Shown piece after piece: positions 1 through 13,765 of a stretch of 64,000 nt of DNA (position 1 is its first letter; the number at the start of each line of letters is the position of its first letter). The DNA comes from the human T2T-CHM13v2.0 reference genome, Homo sapiens: assembly GCF_009914755.1 (NCBI RefSeq), contig NC_060927.1. One strand, 5' to 3'. Made by a program: the position numbers and the translations under genes. The notes under the pieces are model-generated. The model searched no databases, was not told the DNA's origin, and saw nothing but the letters and a program-made list of their open reading frames with translations.

Positions 1-384
1 AATATTATAATTTGAAGTCCAATTTTTTGTAACAGAAGTGGGGCATCAAAATACAATTCCAAAGTGCTTGGTGTTTCCCTCACAGAAGGCCATGGAATTA
101 GGCAGCAGGTTAGTTTTATACTCACTTATGCTTCCCTGCCTTGTGGGAATTTTACCTTAAATTATTTTTTACTGATACCGATTTGGCAAGAGGCAAGGAA
201 AGCCATTCTGCCCAAGACTCTGTTTATCATGTGTTCCTTACTTCATAAAAACTTCAAAAAGAGTAAAGAGAAAATCCTTTTATCATTTTTTTTTTTAGTT
301 TAACTCAATCCTATGCAATTAACACCATGGCTGGAAATTTGACAGCATAGCTTAAAATTCATTAAAAGGCAGGATTTATAACTG

Positions 385-516
385 GCTCTTTACTAACTTG
401 AGTGACCTTACCAAATTGTGTAATCTTGCTGAGTCTCAGTTTACTCATCTGTGTAAATGAGTGGGCTGGATGAGATGGTCTCATAAAGGTTTTTTCCAGC
501 TCTAAATACTTTGTGA
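385..516 (+). mobile_element. MIR/MIR3 SINE fragment
   Basis: MIR core (gtgaccttaccaaattgtgtaatcttgctgagtctcagtttactcatctgt) followed by a MIR3-type tail (ggctggatgagatggtctc...ttccagctctaaa). Confidence 0.65.
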
Positions 517-602
517 TTTTATATGATTACTTCTCCCTCTACTTCCTCTTCTTTTGATTCCATTTCACCAAAAATAAATGCTTCTTGAATGACTTTGGTT
601 AG

Positions 603-800
603 AACTGCATAGTCTAATATGAATGATAGCCATTTGTTTATTTAAAGTTAAATAAAATTAAAATTAAATTAAATCAAAAATTCAGTTTTTAAATCATACT
701 AGTCACATATCAAGTGCTCAGTAGCCACATGTGACTAATGGTTATTTTATTGGACAGCACAGATGTAGAACATTTAGATTAATGCAGAAAATCCTACGTG
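603..800 (-). mobile_element. MER3/MER33-like hAT-Charlie MITE
   Basis: caagtgctcagtagccacatgtgactaatgg...ttggacagcacagatgtagaacattt plus an AT-rich aaattaaatt core, matching the reverse of the MER3 consensus as recalled. Confidence 0.7.
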
Positions 801-974
801 CTGAATGAACCTGAAACATCTCTTTTCTTAGATTTTCACATTTGCTTGGTTGTGCAATGTCCAGTCTTTTGTTTATGTATGACAAGGGAAGCCAGACTCT
901 TATGGAAAATTCATCTTTATTCAGTTTAATTTTAGAGACATTCTGTCACATCCATAAGGCATTTAACTAGACAC

Positions 975-2770
<1,796 letters not shown>

Positions 2771-3809
2771 TTAAACATTCATTTCATGGAATGTCAAAGC
2801 CTCATCACTGGACTGCTGAGGAACTGTTTGTTGAAAAATACTGAATTGGGAATAAGCCTTGTAGAAAAATATCATAAATACAAGTATTTTGCTTCTGATA
2901 GGAATGTTAGGTTGAAAAAAAATTAAATGGAAGGGTGTCAGAAGTCATACGTCTCCTGTGGTAGATGAAGGAGAACTGGAGATCTAAAAAGGTACAGTCC
3001 CTTTATTTTTACCCTTTAGCGCTTGGGGTATCTCCTCCTTTGTAGCCCCAGCCCAGTATGAAGGGTTGGAGCTAGAGAGGAGGAGATGCCCTTCTCTCAC
3101 CAAAGGAAAAGTGAACATATTTAGACCTCCCCTCACTCCCACTTTCGATTCTTGACCTAGTTAAGAACAGAATATCCTTAGTTCTGCTGGTGATTTACAC
3201 TGGCTGGCTTCTGTGAGAGAGCTATCCTTTCAGTAGGTTTCTAGAAGATCTTCACTGTGTCACTGGGGAAGGCCTCTATTTGCCAGTTCTAACTTCAACC
3301 TCTCGCAGCCACCTTTTCAGAAAGGTACTATAGATCAAATAATTTGGTCTTATGCATAACTGTGGCTTTTATGCTTTAAAGGAATGACACTAGGAAAGGC
3401 TCCATAGAAATAGGGGCCTCTCCTGTTTACTGAGGGCCAGGTCTAAAGATAGAGATGGAATGGATATTCCAGGCTCTTTTTTGAATATGTTGACATCCAT
3501 CATGGAATGTTCTCTGCTTCCACAACCCCTTACACATATCTCTGTCATTCTTTCAGTAAAGGGCAACAAATGGCATCTTTGTAACTTCAGTATTGTAATA
3601 AACATTTGGGCCAATGGATGGCTCAAGTGCTAAATACTTGGCAAAGGAAGGGATTTATGTTTCAAACTCTTTCATAGTTAATGGAGGCAGTATGGTTTTC
3701 AAAGTATGGAATTTGTCTTGACTTGGGCTTAGCATTTTGTTTTCTCCACACATAGCTTTCTCCACCTTTTATAATATTTATTACAGTAATCCCACTGCAC
3801 AGATAACCT

Positions 3810-4780
3810 TTGTTGACATTTTAAAAATTTATGATAGGAGCACGTGAACATATTTAGAAAATTCAAACAAGGCAGAAAGGTACAAAACAGAGAGTAAAAT
3901 TCTCCCCCACCCCCAGTTCCCCGACTCCTTCACCCAATCCCTCTGACAAAGACAACCACTGGTAATGCTTTCTGGTGTGATCTTAAAAACCCATACATAA
4001 TACTTGCTAGTACCTTCTTAATAATACACAGAATAAAAACCATGGTAAACACAATATTCTGACCCTGCTTTTTTTTGTTTATTTGTTTTGTTTTGTTTTT
4101 GTCTTACTGATGTCTGAGATTTTTCCATGCCAGCACATACAAAACTTCCTCAGTTTTTATTTTATTGGCTGCATATTATTTTACCATATGGACATTCTAT
4201 TCTATAATATATTTAATCCTTCCCCAAATAGTAACCATTTAGGTCGTTTCCATGTTTCTTTCTGCTATGAAAAACTATGGTTCGTATTTCTTGTATACAT
4301 ATATTTGCTTTTACACATGTATCTATCAGGTCAATTTCTAGCTGTGTTAATGTGAGGTCAAAGACAATATGTTTTTATTTTAATACCTGTTGCCTAATGG
4401 CCATCTAAAAATTTAAACTTGTGGATATTCTTATCATCAGTGTTAAGAAAGACTGCTTTTCTGCAGGCTAACTAATATCAGATATCTTCACACTTTAACA
4501 TTTGCCCATCTATTTAGGTGAAAAATAATTTCTTGTTTTGATTTAGATTTCTTTAATTATGAGTAAAATTACACATCTTTTTGTGTTTTTATTGACCATT
4601 GCCGTTTGTATTTTCCTCCCCTATAAGCTGCCTATGCAGCTATCCTTTGCTAATTTTGGGGCAGTTCATTTTTTTCCCCATTGTTTTGTTCAAGCACTTT
4701 CTAAATTGACCAAATTAGCCTTCTATCTCTGTATTGCAAGTATAACTTTTGTTCAATTTCTTGTTTGGTTCTGCAGTTCA
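3810..4780 (-). mobile_element. Ancient L1M(E)-type 3' fragment
   Basis: Degenerate antisense L1M motifs (ggctgcatattattttacc, catttaggtcgtttcc, tttgatttagatttctttaattatgagt). Confidence 0.55.
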
Positions 4781-5576
4781 ATTACAGTATCTCTGCTCAT
4801 CCTCTGCCCCCAACATTGAGATGTTTATTTTATGTAGCCAATTCTCAATTATTTCCACTACTACTTCTGGTCAATTTCAACTTGTGGTCTTCCTAGAGCA
4901 CAAAGGAATGATTTGTAAATATGTTGCCCCAAAGCAATTGTTTATATTGCTTCCCAAGAGTATCCTAGCTTGCATGATAAGTTGTAGGGTCACCCTCAGT
5001 TTCTGTCCTCCCCCACCTCCACTTCAATCACTTGAATTTCTCTTTGACTTACACACAATATTGAGAATTTGGCATACAATTTAAACAATGCCTTTTGAAG
5101 CCCCCCAAAATATGGATGCCCACTGATATAGGGGCTTCATTTATTTGTTTAGCAGAATTTGTTGAAACATAAGAATTCAAAATCTTGTTCTGCAATATGA
5201 GCAGTTCAAATATAAGTTTATAATCTACTAAGAAAGGCATGAAAACCACTATAGTAAAGAGAAAGTCTATTTATCTGAAGATTCTCAGTTCAGTCCACTC
5301 TTGTGGGTGTATAAATGCAAATTTTCCTTTTATTTAAGTAGCAACTAATAAAAAGACCTCTTAAATTGTATCACATGAAGTAAAGGGCTTGTTTAACAAA
5401 ATAATTATGGAAGATCATACCTTCAACTTTTTTTTCCCCAAGAGGATAACATAAATTGTCAATCAGCCTTTTCCAACACAAAACAAGTAGAAGAATGGCA
5501 GAGGAAAAACCAGTTGGTGGCTCTTACATACGGCCACATATAAAAGATGATTGAGCGATTAAGAATTGGTTCGCTT

Positions 5577-5980
<404 letters not shown>

Positions 5981-7516
5981 TCAGAACTCTCACAGTTATC
6001 TTCATGTTTTCTGTCTCCTGTTAACCAGGACCAATCATGATCTTTATAGAAAAATTGGAAGGAAGTACAGAAACATGTGAATGGGTAAAAACGAATTGAT
6101 TTTCTCTTTCTAAAACTTCTTATAAACATTTTTTGATGTCTACAGAATATTCCTCTTCTTTGGACGCTGCATAATTAAACCAATAACTTTTTGTTAATTA
6201 TGTAGGTATGTCCTTTTATTTTATATTTTGTTTTTCTTTCAATTACATATAAAACTAAGATGAACATCTTTGCACATAAATTTTTCTATGTATTGCCAAA
6301 CAGTCCATTAGAAGAGATTCCTAGAAGAGGAATTATGAGGTGAAAGGATATAAACTTTGCTAAGGCTCTTATATCCAGAAGCCAGTTCTGGGTAGAGAAT
6401 TGTCAATGCCTGCTTCTTGAACCATGATGTCTCTTGCTGCAGCACCATTGTGCAACTATCCTGGCTCCAAAGAGGAAGAAATATAAACCTCTTTGGTGGC
6501 TTTAACAAAACAAAGCAGTACCCTTGTAAGAATGAAGGGAACATCTCTCCGTTCATTGTTCCAATATTAAGAGTACTTGTCCCAGTGAAGAAGAATTTCA
6601 TTTTTTTCTTTCATATTGTAAATCTTCATCATGTGGTACAAACAGAAATTTCCTAACTATGCTTTTTTACCTGTTATTTGTGCATTGCTTGGATAGCACC
6701 TGCTTTCCTGATCTAGGTTCTGGGTCAACAAGGATAAAATCATTCAAGTTCATCCTTCCAAGTCATGCTTGAGAATCCCCATTTACTGCCTCTGTGGTTT
6801 GCCCCCAATTTACTTTCTACTTTTCCCCAATCCCTGGAGAAAAATTTGGCCACATTCTTTGTAGTATTCAAAGAAATGAGAAGAATCTGTAACAATTCTA
6901 GCCACTTTATACGGTGTGGCATATAAAGCACATGTGGCATTTTTAATGGTGAGCCAGGACTTACAGAGGTAAGTATCATTTGTATTTAAACAGGAATAAA
7001 TGACTGAGTCACTTGGGATGAAAACCTGTTTGGCAGTCCTCAGGAAGGGGCAGATTACTTCTGACAGGTCTAAACAGCCCAGGTAGATAGGATCATTTAA
7101 CTATATTTAACGAACACTGACAAAGGAATGCTTGATTAATGTCTCCCACCCAAGTATCCAGGGACTGTCAGGTCACCTTCTCAAACCAGTAGGCAGTTGA
7201 AGCTACTTCAGAATTTTCTTTCATTATGCATGATTGCAACATGCTTTAAACTGTCTGACGAGGACACGCTTCACCAAGATCTCAGTCAGTTTCCTCGGTT
7301 TTCTGGACTGGGGTGGGATGCTCTCTTCAATTTTGTGTAGGCATTTGGGGGGTCCATTTCACAGGACACATAACTATGCTAGACCAGTGTTATGTTAATG
7401 ATTTAAACACAAAACAAGTTAATAAAAATCAAAACAACCTTGCCCTTCTATATTGTTAGGTATTGAAAATTCCTGTGATTTTTTTGGCTACAAAATAATT
7501 GAATTAAAAAATTCTT

Positions 7517-7887
<371 letters not shown>

Positions 7888-8329
7888 TCAACTAACTGTG
7901 AGTTTCACACTTTGAAGATTTAAGATAAAACCTATTCTTAAGTCTTACCACTAGGATTTCAGGAGGAGCCTACTCCAATTGTAAATCCAGAGACTGATCC
8001 TGTGTAAACGTTGGCACTTCCAAGAGCCAGAGTTGTGGCTTGCTGCAGTTCACATCGCTCAAACAATCAGGTAACAACTGGGAAACAGCGAAGTCAATTG
8101 ATTCTTCTGGCTGTCAAGACTAAATTACCAGGGCTTGCATTTTTTTCATGGGGTCTCTATTGAACTAAACTTATTTTATCTTGGCACTTTCCAAACTATA
8201 GCACTTTCTAAGATTACATCAATTTTTCCATGTGTGGTTCTGCTTTTCAAAAAAATTATGATCAAATCTAGTTAATCTTTTGCATGCAGATGAACTTCAG
8301 TTATATTTCACCAACAGGAACATTAACTT

Positions 8330-8415
8330 TTTCTTTTGTTCACTGCTATACCCCCAGCATCTACACAGATATTGGCACAGAGTAGGTGCTCAATAAATAA
8401 CCTGTTGAAAGAATA
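8330..8415 (+). mobile_element. L2 3' end fragment
   Basis: ttcactgctatacccccagc...tggcacagagtaggtgctcaataaata. Confidence 0.7.
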
Positions 8416-8723
8416 AAGCGTATACTGGCATATACTGTGGGAGTATGGTGGCAAGTTGTCTCAGTCTCAGAACTACCTAGCCGCATGGACACTGTCAGGA
8501 ATATGACCTCCTGGACCAGCTATTTCAGGAAAATCTACAGCAGCCATCAGTGAGGAAGCCATGGACCTTGGTGCTGGGCTGTGGGGTATCAAGTGAGGAG
8601 GGAGGGACGGGAATTCATGGGTATGGCACTCTGACTAACTCCAACTCACCTGTTAAGTTTCAGTTAAATTCCTCAGAGGCTTTTTCTGTCCCTCTCCTCT
8701 TCTTGCCCCACTAAGTTTAGGAC

Positions 8724-9238
8724 TGTGTGAGTTTTCTAAGGCTGCCATATTATTAATTATCACAAACTGAGTACCTTAAAATAACAGAAATCTATTATCT
8801 TACAGTTCTGTAGGTCAGAAATCAGATGTGGGTTTCACTGGGCTAAAATCAAAGTGTCTGCAGTCTGCTTTCCTTTCTGGAGGCTCTAGTGGAGCATTTT
8901 CTTTCTTTTTTCAGCTTCTAGAAGCCACCTGCATTTCTTGGCTTGTAGCCCTCTCCCCTCATCTTCAAAATCAGCAACGGTAGGTTGAGTCCTCCTTATA
9001 TCATCCCTCCAACCTCTTCTTCCTGTAGTCAAATCTCCTTCTGCCTTCCTCTTCCACTTTTCAGGACTCTTGTAATTATACTGAGTTCACCTAGATATCC
9101 AGGCTAACCTTCCCATCTCTAGATCCTTGACCTGATCACATCTGCGAAGTCTCTTTTGCCACATAAGGTAACACATTCACAGGTTCTGGGGATTAGGGCA
9201 TGGATATTTTTGGGGTGGCTGTTATTCAGTCTATTATA
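8724..9238 (-). mobile_element. MaLR solo LTR, MLT1D-like
   Basis: aaggctgcc...acagaaatctattatcttacagttctgtaggtcagaa...ataaggtaacacattcacaggttctggggattagg. Confidence 0.8.
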
Positions 9239-9334
9239 GGGTGAGTTTATTATATACTTCTATAGCATTCTGAACTTTATATTCTTTATACTATTTGATA
9301 AATGTTACTTAGCTCATTCTGTGGCTACTCGTTT

Positions 9335-9465
9335 AATGTCTGTCTACACACAAAAACCTATGAGCACATAGCAGTGTCTGTTTTGTTTCCTCTTGTATCC
9401 CCAGTGCCTGGCACAGTATTTAGTATATAGTAAGTGTCTGGATATTTTTTATTAAATGAATAAAC
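9335..9465 (+). mobile_element. L2 3' end fragment
   Basis: tgtctgttttgtttcctcttgtatccccagtgcctggcacagt...taaatgaataa. Confidence 0.7.
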
Positions 9466-10429
9466 ATTATTTTATTATGTTTCAATGCCCTTGTGAGACA
9501 AGGGTACCATCTCATTTTATTGAAGAACATAGTGAGGTTCAAAGAGCAAATAACTTTCTAGCTTCTTCCTAGTCAGTGCATGCCCCCCCTCCACCTGCTT
9601 TCATATCTAATTTGTTTAATATTCTGGTATGTTGTAGGTGGTACTAGCTACCACACCCCAAGCATGTCAGAAGACAGAAAGCAAGCTTCCAAGAAGGGCC
9701 GCTGAGATATCATCAAGTGCTGATGTCATTGCCAGGGTCTGCTTGACTCTTTTGACTGGAAATGGTTGACTGTGATTTAGTAAACATGAACATTCACTAC
9801 CAAACAGAATCTCTTGAATGGGCAGGTTTGGTGTCAGCTGCTCTGAGTAAAGGGCAGATTAACTGTGCAGTTAACAAAGTTTTGGGGCAGATGAACTGTG
9901 CAGTTAACAGACTTTTAATCATACCCTGGTACCTTGCTGCTGTTTCTATACATTTAAAAGATCTCAGTGATTTAAAAACATGTTTCTTTTTCAACATCTT
10001 CAGAACTCTAGTTTGTTCAAGCCTATATGGGACTCCTTGTCCTTTCTTTAGTTTTTATGTTCAGCCGTTAGGTCTATCTGTGGCAAGCATCTGTTTCAAA
10101 GCTCTGTACAAGTGGCTGGTCCACAGTAGGTACTAGATAAATATCTGCTGAGCTATTTAAATGACTATTGATGGTAGCTGATGTTCCTTGGTGACTATTA
10201 GGAAGTTCATATTGTGGGAAGATAATGCAAATATCATTTTATTTATGTCATTGATCTCCACCTTATTCCAGAAAGTAATTGACAGAGCTGTGAGTGTGAT
10301 GGTAAGCTTGTGAAATGTAAAACCAAGAATGAGTTCTAAACCAGATGCTTTTCATAACAGTGCATTGGTGGCTTCAAGAGCTACCAATTCTACCAACTAA
10401 TTGATGTTGGAAAAAGGCAGCACATCGAT

Positions 10430-10620
10430 GGAGTGAGGTTAGACCTTGAAGCAAAATTTTGGTTTGTATTCCTGGATTTACCACTTACTAGTGATAAGAA
10501 CTTGGGTGAGTTACTTAATTTATCTGACCCTCAAATTTAGTCTATGAAATGGGTATATGATTTGAGCTTTGAAGTAAATACTTTATGTGGAAATTATCTA
10601 ACACAGAGAATGACTTTTAA
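10430..10620 (+). mobile_element. MIR fragment
   Basis: ccacttactagtgataagaacttgggtgagttacttaatttatctgaccctca. Confidence 0.6.
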
Positions 10621-11892
10621 AATGTCATTTTTTTTCTCCATCTTTCAAAGGGTTAAAGAAGGTTAACATTTTTTCCTTTCAAACATTTCTTCAATGAGCA
10701 ACTGTTAGTCTAGACCACTCCATGTCAACATAATTAAAAGTAGGCAATTGATAAATGATAATTAAGTGTTATCCTAAGTTATTGACCACATGGACAATGA
10801 AATGACTAAAAACTCCAAATAGCCCTGGTGTCATATGCCTTACAGAGTAGAACAGTGTGGTCAGCAGGACTTTTCCATCAGTGCAGAGGTGCTACAGTCC
10901 ACAAGGGGTTGGAGAGAGAGAGAGAACTGTATCTTTGGAATCAGAGTCAGGAAAGACACATTCAGTTTTATTTAGCGGCTGTCACTTACCCAGCAGGATT
11001 TTGATGTGTTTATTGATGTAGTTACCTGTATAAATCAGGATTTGATAAGGTTTTAGGGTCTTAAATGAGCTCTTTGTCTACATTCTTGAATAGGTGAACA
11101 CATGCTTGTGGCATCAAATGAGTTGCTGAGGAAGTAATTACTCACGTAGTGAGGTGCATGACAATGAGAATGGCTGAATCGCCTCTAAACTTGTGTGAAT
11201 GAAGAAAACAAAACCATCAGTTCCTCTGAGTTGAACTTCATGTCTACATTGAGGTGCCCTTGAAAATTAAGAAAGAAAAGCAATAGATGAGAGCAAATCT
11301 TGGCCTAAAGGGATTGAATGGACTGGAGACTAGGCTTGCAAGACTCGAATACGGCCTTATTAAATAGACTTAGATTTCCAAAGAAAGATTGTGTTCACAG
11401 TAAGGGAGGATGACAACATAGTAAAAGGAAGATTACAAAGGCAAACCCTAGCAATGCCTATCCACACACTGTGGAGGAACCTGTGGGCTCTGGAATTGTG
11501 GCTCCATTACAATTCAGTTCGGCCCTTCCCTCTGAATCTGTGGTGATCAAGTGATCTTCTGAATGTGAGTTTGACTTTGATTGCCTTTATCGGGGTAAAG
11601 TCAGGATGGGATAGTCATGTGGTCACGATGGTCTGATAAATGTGATGTACTTTGCATACACATTAATTTCATGATGTTTAATCAATTTTCAGTCCAACCT
11701 TGGGTGATCTACTACCAGGAGTAGACTGAATTGGGAGGTTCTGTCCATAAAGGTAAACTACCTCCCTAACTAACTACCTAATTACCATCCTGTGAGGCTT
11801 CTTATAAGGTTGCTAGCCTATTTTCCCAGGTAAACAAATACTACTTGCATACCTTTTTGCATTTCTACCTGTGTTGAATTACTCTATGAATC

Positions 11893-12066
11893 AAAAGAGT
11901 TGGCAAACTTTTTCTGTACATGTCCAGATGGTAAATGGTCAACACTTAAGGCTTTGCAGGTCATCAGTCTCTGTTGCAACTACTCAACTCTGCAATTATA
12001 GTGGGAAAGCAGCCATAGATAATACATAAATTAATGGGCATGACTGTGTAGCAATAAAACTTTATG
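11893..12066 (+). mobile_element. MER58A-like hAT-Charlie MITE
   Basis: gttggcaaactttttctgta...gtctctgttgcaactactcaactctgc...aaagcagccatagataata...caataaaacttta. Confidence 0.8.
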
Positions 12067-12954
12067 CATCCTGGTATCGACAGACTAAGAATGAATTTGT
12101 TGAACAGCAAAATAGAAGCACCCCCAAATTTTTTTTTTGCAAGAATGTGTTATTGAAAGAAAAGCAATAAAGTGATCACCTTGGAGAAAAAATCTGGACA
12201 TGGCTGGATTTCTTTAATTTAAAAATCATTAAGTACTATTTTGTTTAGAATTACATGTGGTGGTGATGAAGGAAGATAGGTAACACCATAAATCTCTTTG
12301 GTGATTAGGGCCTCTAAAGATCTTAACCTGGCTCTGAATTCTGGATACCCACCTTCTGTTTGCAAGGCATCATTACAACTTGCGATCCTAGTGCACCTTA
12401 TTATTGCTTCTCTATAGACTCTCATCAACTCCCTCCCTTCTGCACCAATGAGACCTCATAGCTTCTATCTTGTATTACAGTTATTGTTACATTTGTCTTA
12501 CTTTAAAGGATACATTCTAGGAAGACCAAATTTCTTCAACTTTCTCATACTCAGTTTCTTCACGTATAAACTGGGAACAGAATGCAGACTTTACAGCCCT
12601 CGAGGGTATAGCCCATGTACTATCCTTCCCCCAACCGCTCCATAATACCAAGCATATAGTCTTGTTTATAGTAACTGATTAATACATTATGAATGAATGA
12701 GTAAATGAATGAATGAATTTGAGTTAAGGTCTCTGCTCTATTTAGGTTTGAACTTTGGCTTTTCCCTTTCTTCAGGTGAATGGCCCTCTGTCTTTTCTCT
12801 TTTGGTCTTAGTGTTCTCAGTTTCTGCAGTAAGTCTCTTCTTCCCCAGAATTTGTTCAGTCTCTGCCTATCTGTCTCTGAAACCTAAAGAGAATTTAGGA
12901 ATTCTGCCAAAGCTCTGGGGTTATTTGAATTTATGGTACAAAAAGAGCCTGCCT

Positions 12955-12983
12955 GGGATTCCCCTTTCTTGTAGTTTCGTTTC
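12955..12983 (+). promoter_or_regulatory. Candidate composite NF-kB (GGGATTCCCC) + ISRE-like (AGTTTCGTTTC) element
   Basis: Both motifs read directly, with an 8-nt spacer, outside any repeat I recognise; motif match only. Confidence 0.35.
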
Positions 12984-13277
12984 GAGTAGAGTATAATGTT
13001 AGAAAGATAATTTACAGAAAATGTACTTTAAAAGGAAGAGATGAAGGATGTTTCAAAAGAGGAGTGATTTTTATATTGGCAAAATGTGCAACTCTAAATA
13101 AATCATTTTAACTCCATCTGAGGGTTTGAGCATTATAGCGATAGAACAATATAAATCTATGTTTATAAACTGTGTATATGTATGTAAACAAAATAGACTG
13201 CCTTACCAGCCTGGAGGTACACCCAAAGTCATATATTTTGCATTTTTCCAAATAATGATTCAAACACTCACTTTTCC

Positions 13278-13408
13278 AGATATATATATGTGTGTGTGCA
13301 TGCACATATGAATATACACATATTATAAATGCATGTATATTTATATAAGTATATATGCATATATAAAAATATATGTATGTATGTATGTATCATCTGTATG
13401 TCTGTCTA
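13278..13408. repeat. TA/TG/TATG low-complexity tract
   Basis: gatatatatatgtgtgtgtgcatgcacatatg...tatgtatgtatgtatgtat. Confidence 0.8.
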
Positions 13409-13409
13409 T

Positions 13410-13765
13410 AGGGGTTGGGGGAGAAAGAAAGAATTTATTTTAAGGAATCAGCTCATGCAATAGTGGGGACTTGCAAGTCCGAAATCCATAGGCTGGTATC
13501 CTGGAAACTCAGGCAGGAGTACCATGTTACAGTCTTGAGGCAATATTTTTTCTTCTTCAAACCCATTTTTTTCCCTAAGGCCTTCAACTAATTGGAGGAG
13601 ACCACACACATATTATTGAGGATAATCTCATTTACTTAAAGTCAACTGATTATGCATGTTAATCACAACTACAAAATAACTTTATAGCAACACCTACACT
13701 GGTGTTTGACCAAACAACTGGGCACTATAGTCTAGCCAAGTTGACACCTAAAATTAACCATCATA
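13410..13765 (-). mobile_element. ERVL solo LTR, MLT2D-like
   Basis: atttattttaaggaatcagctcatgc...ctaaggccttcaactaattgg...ctagccaagttgacacctaaaattaaccatca. Confidence 0.8.
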
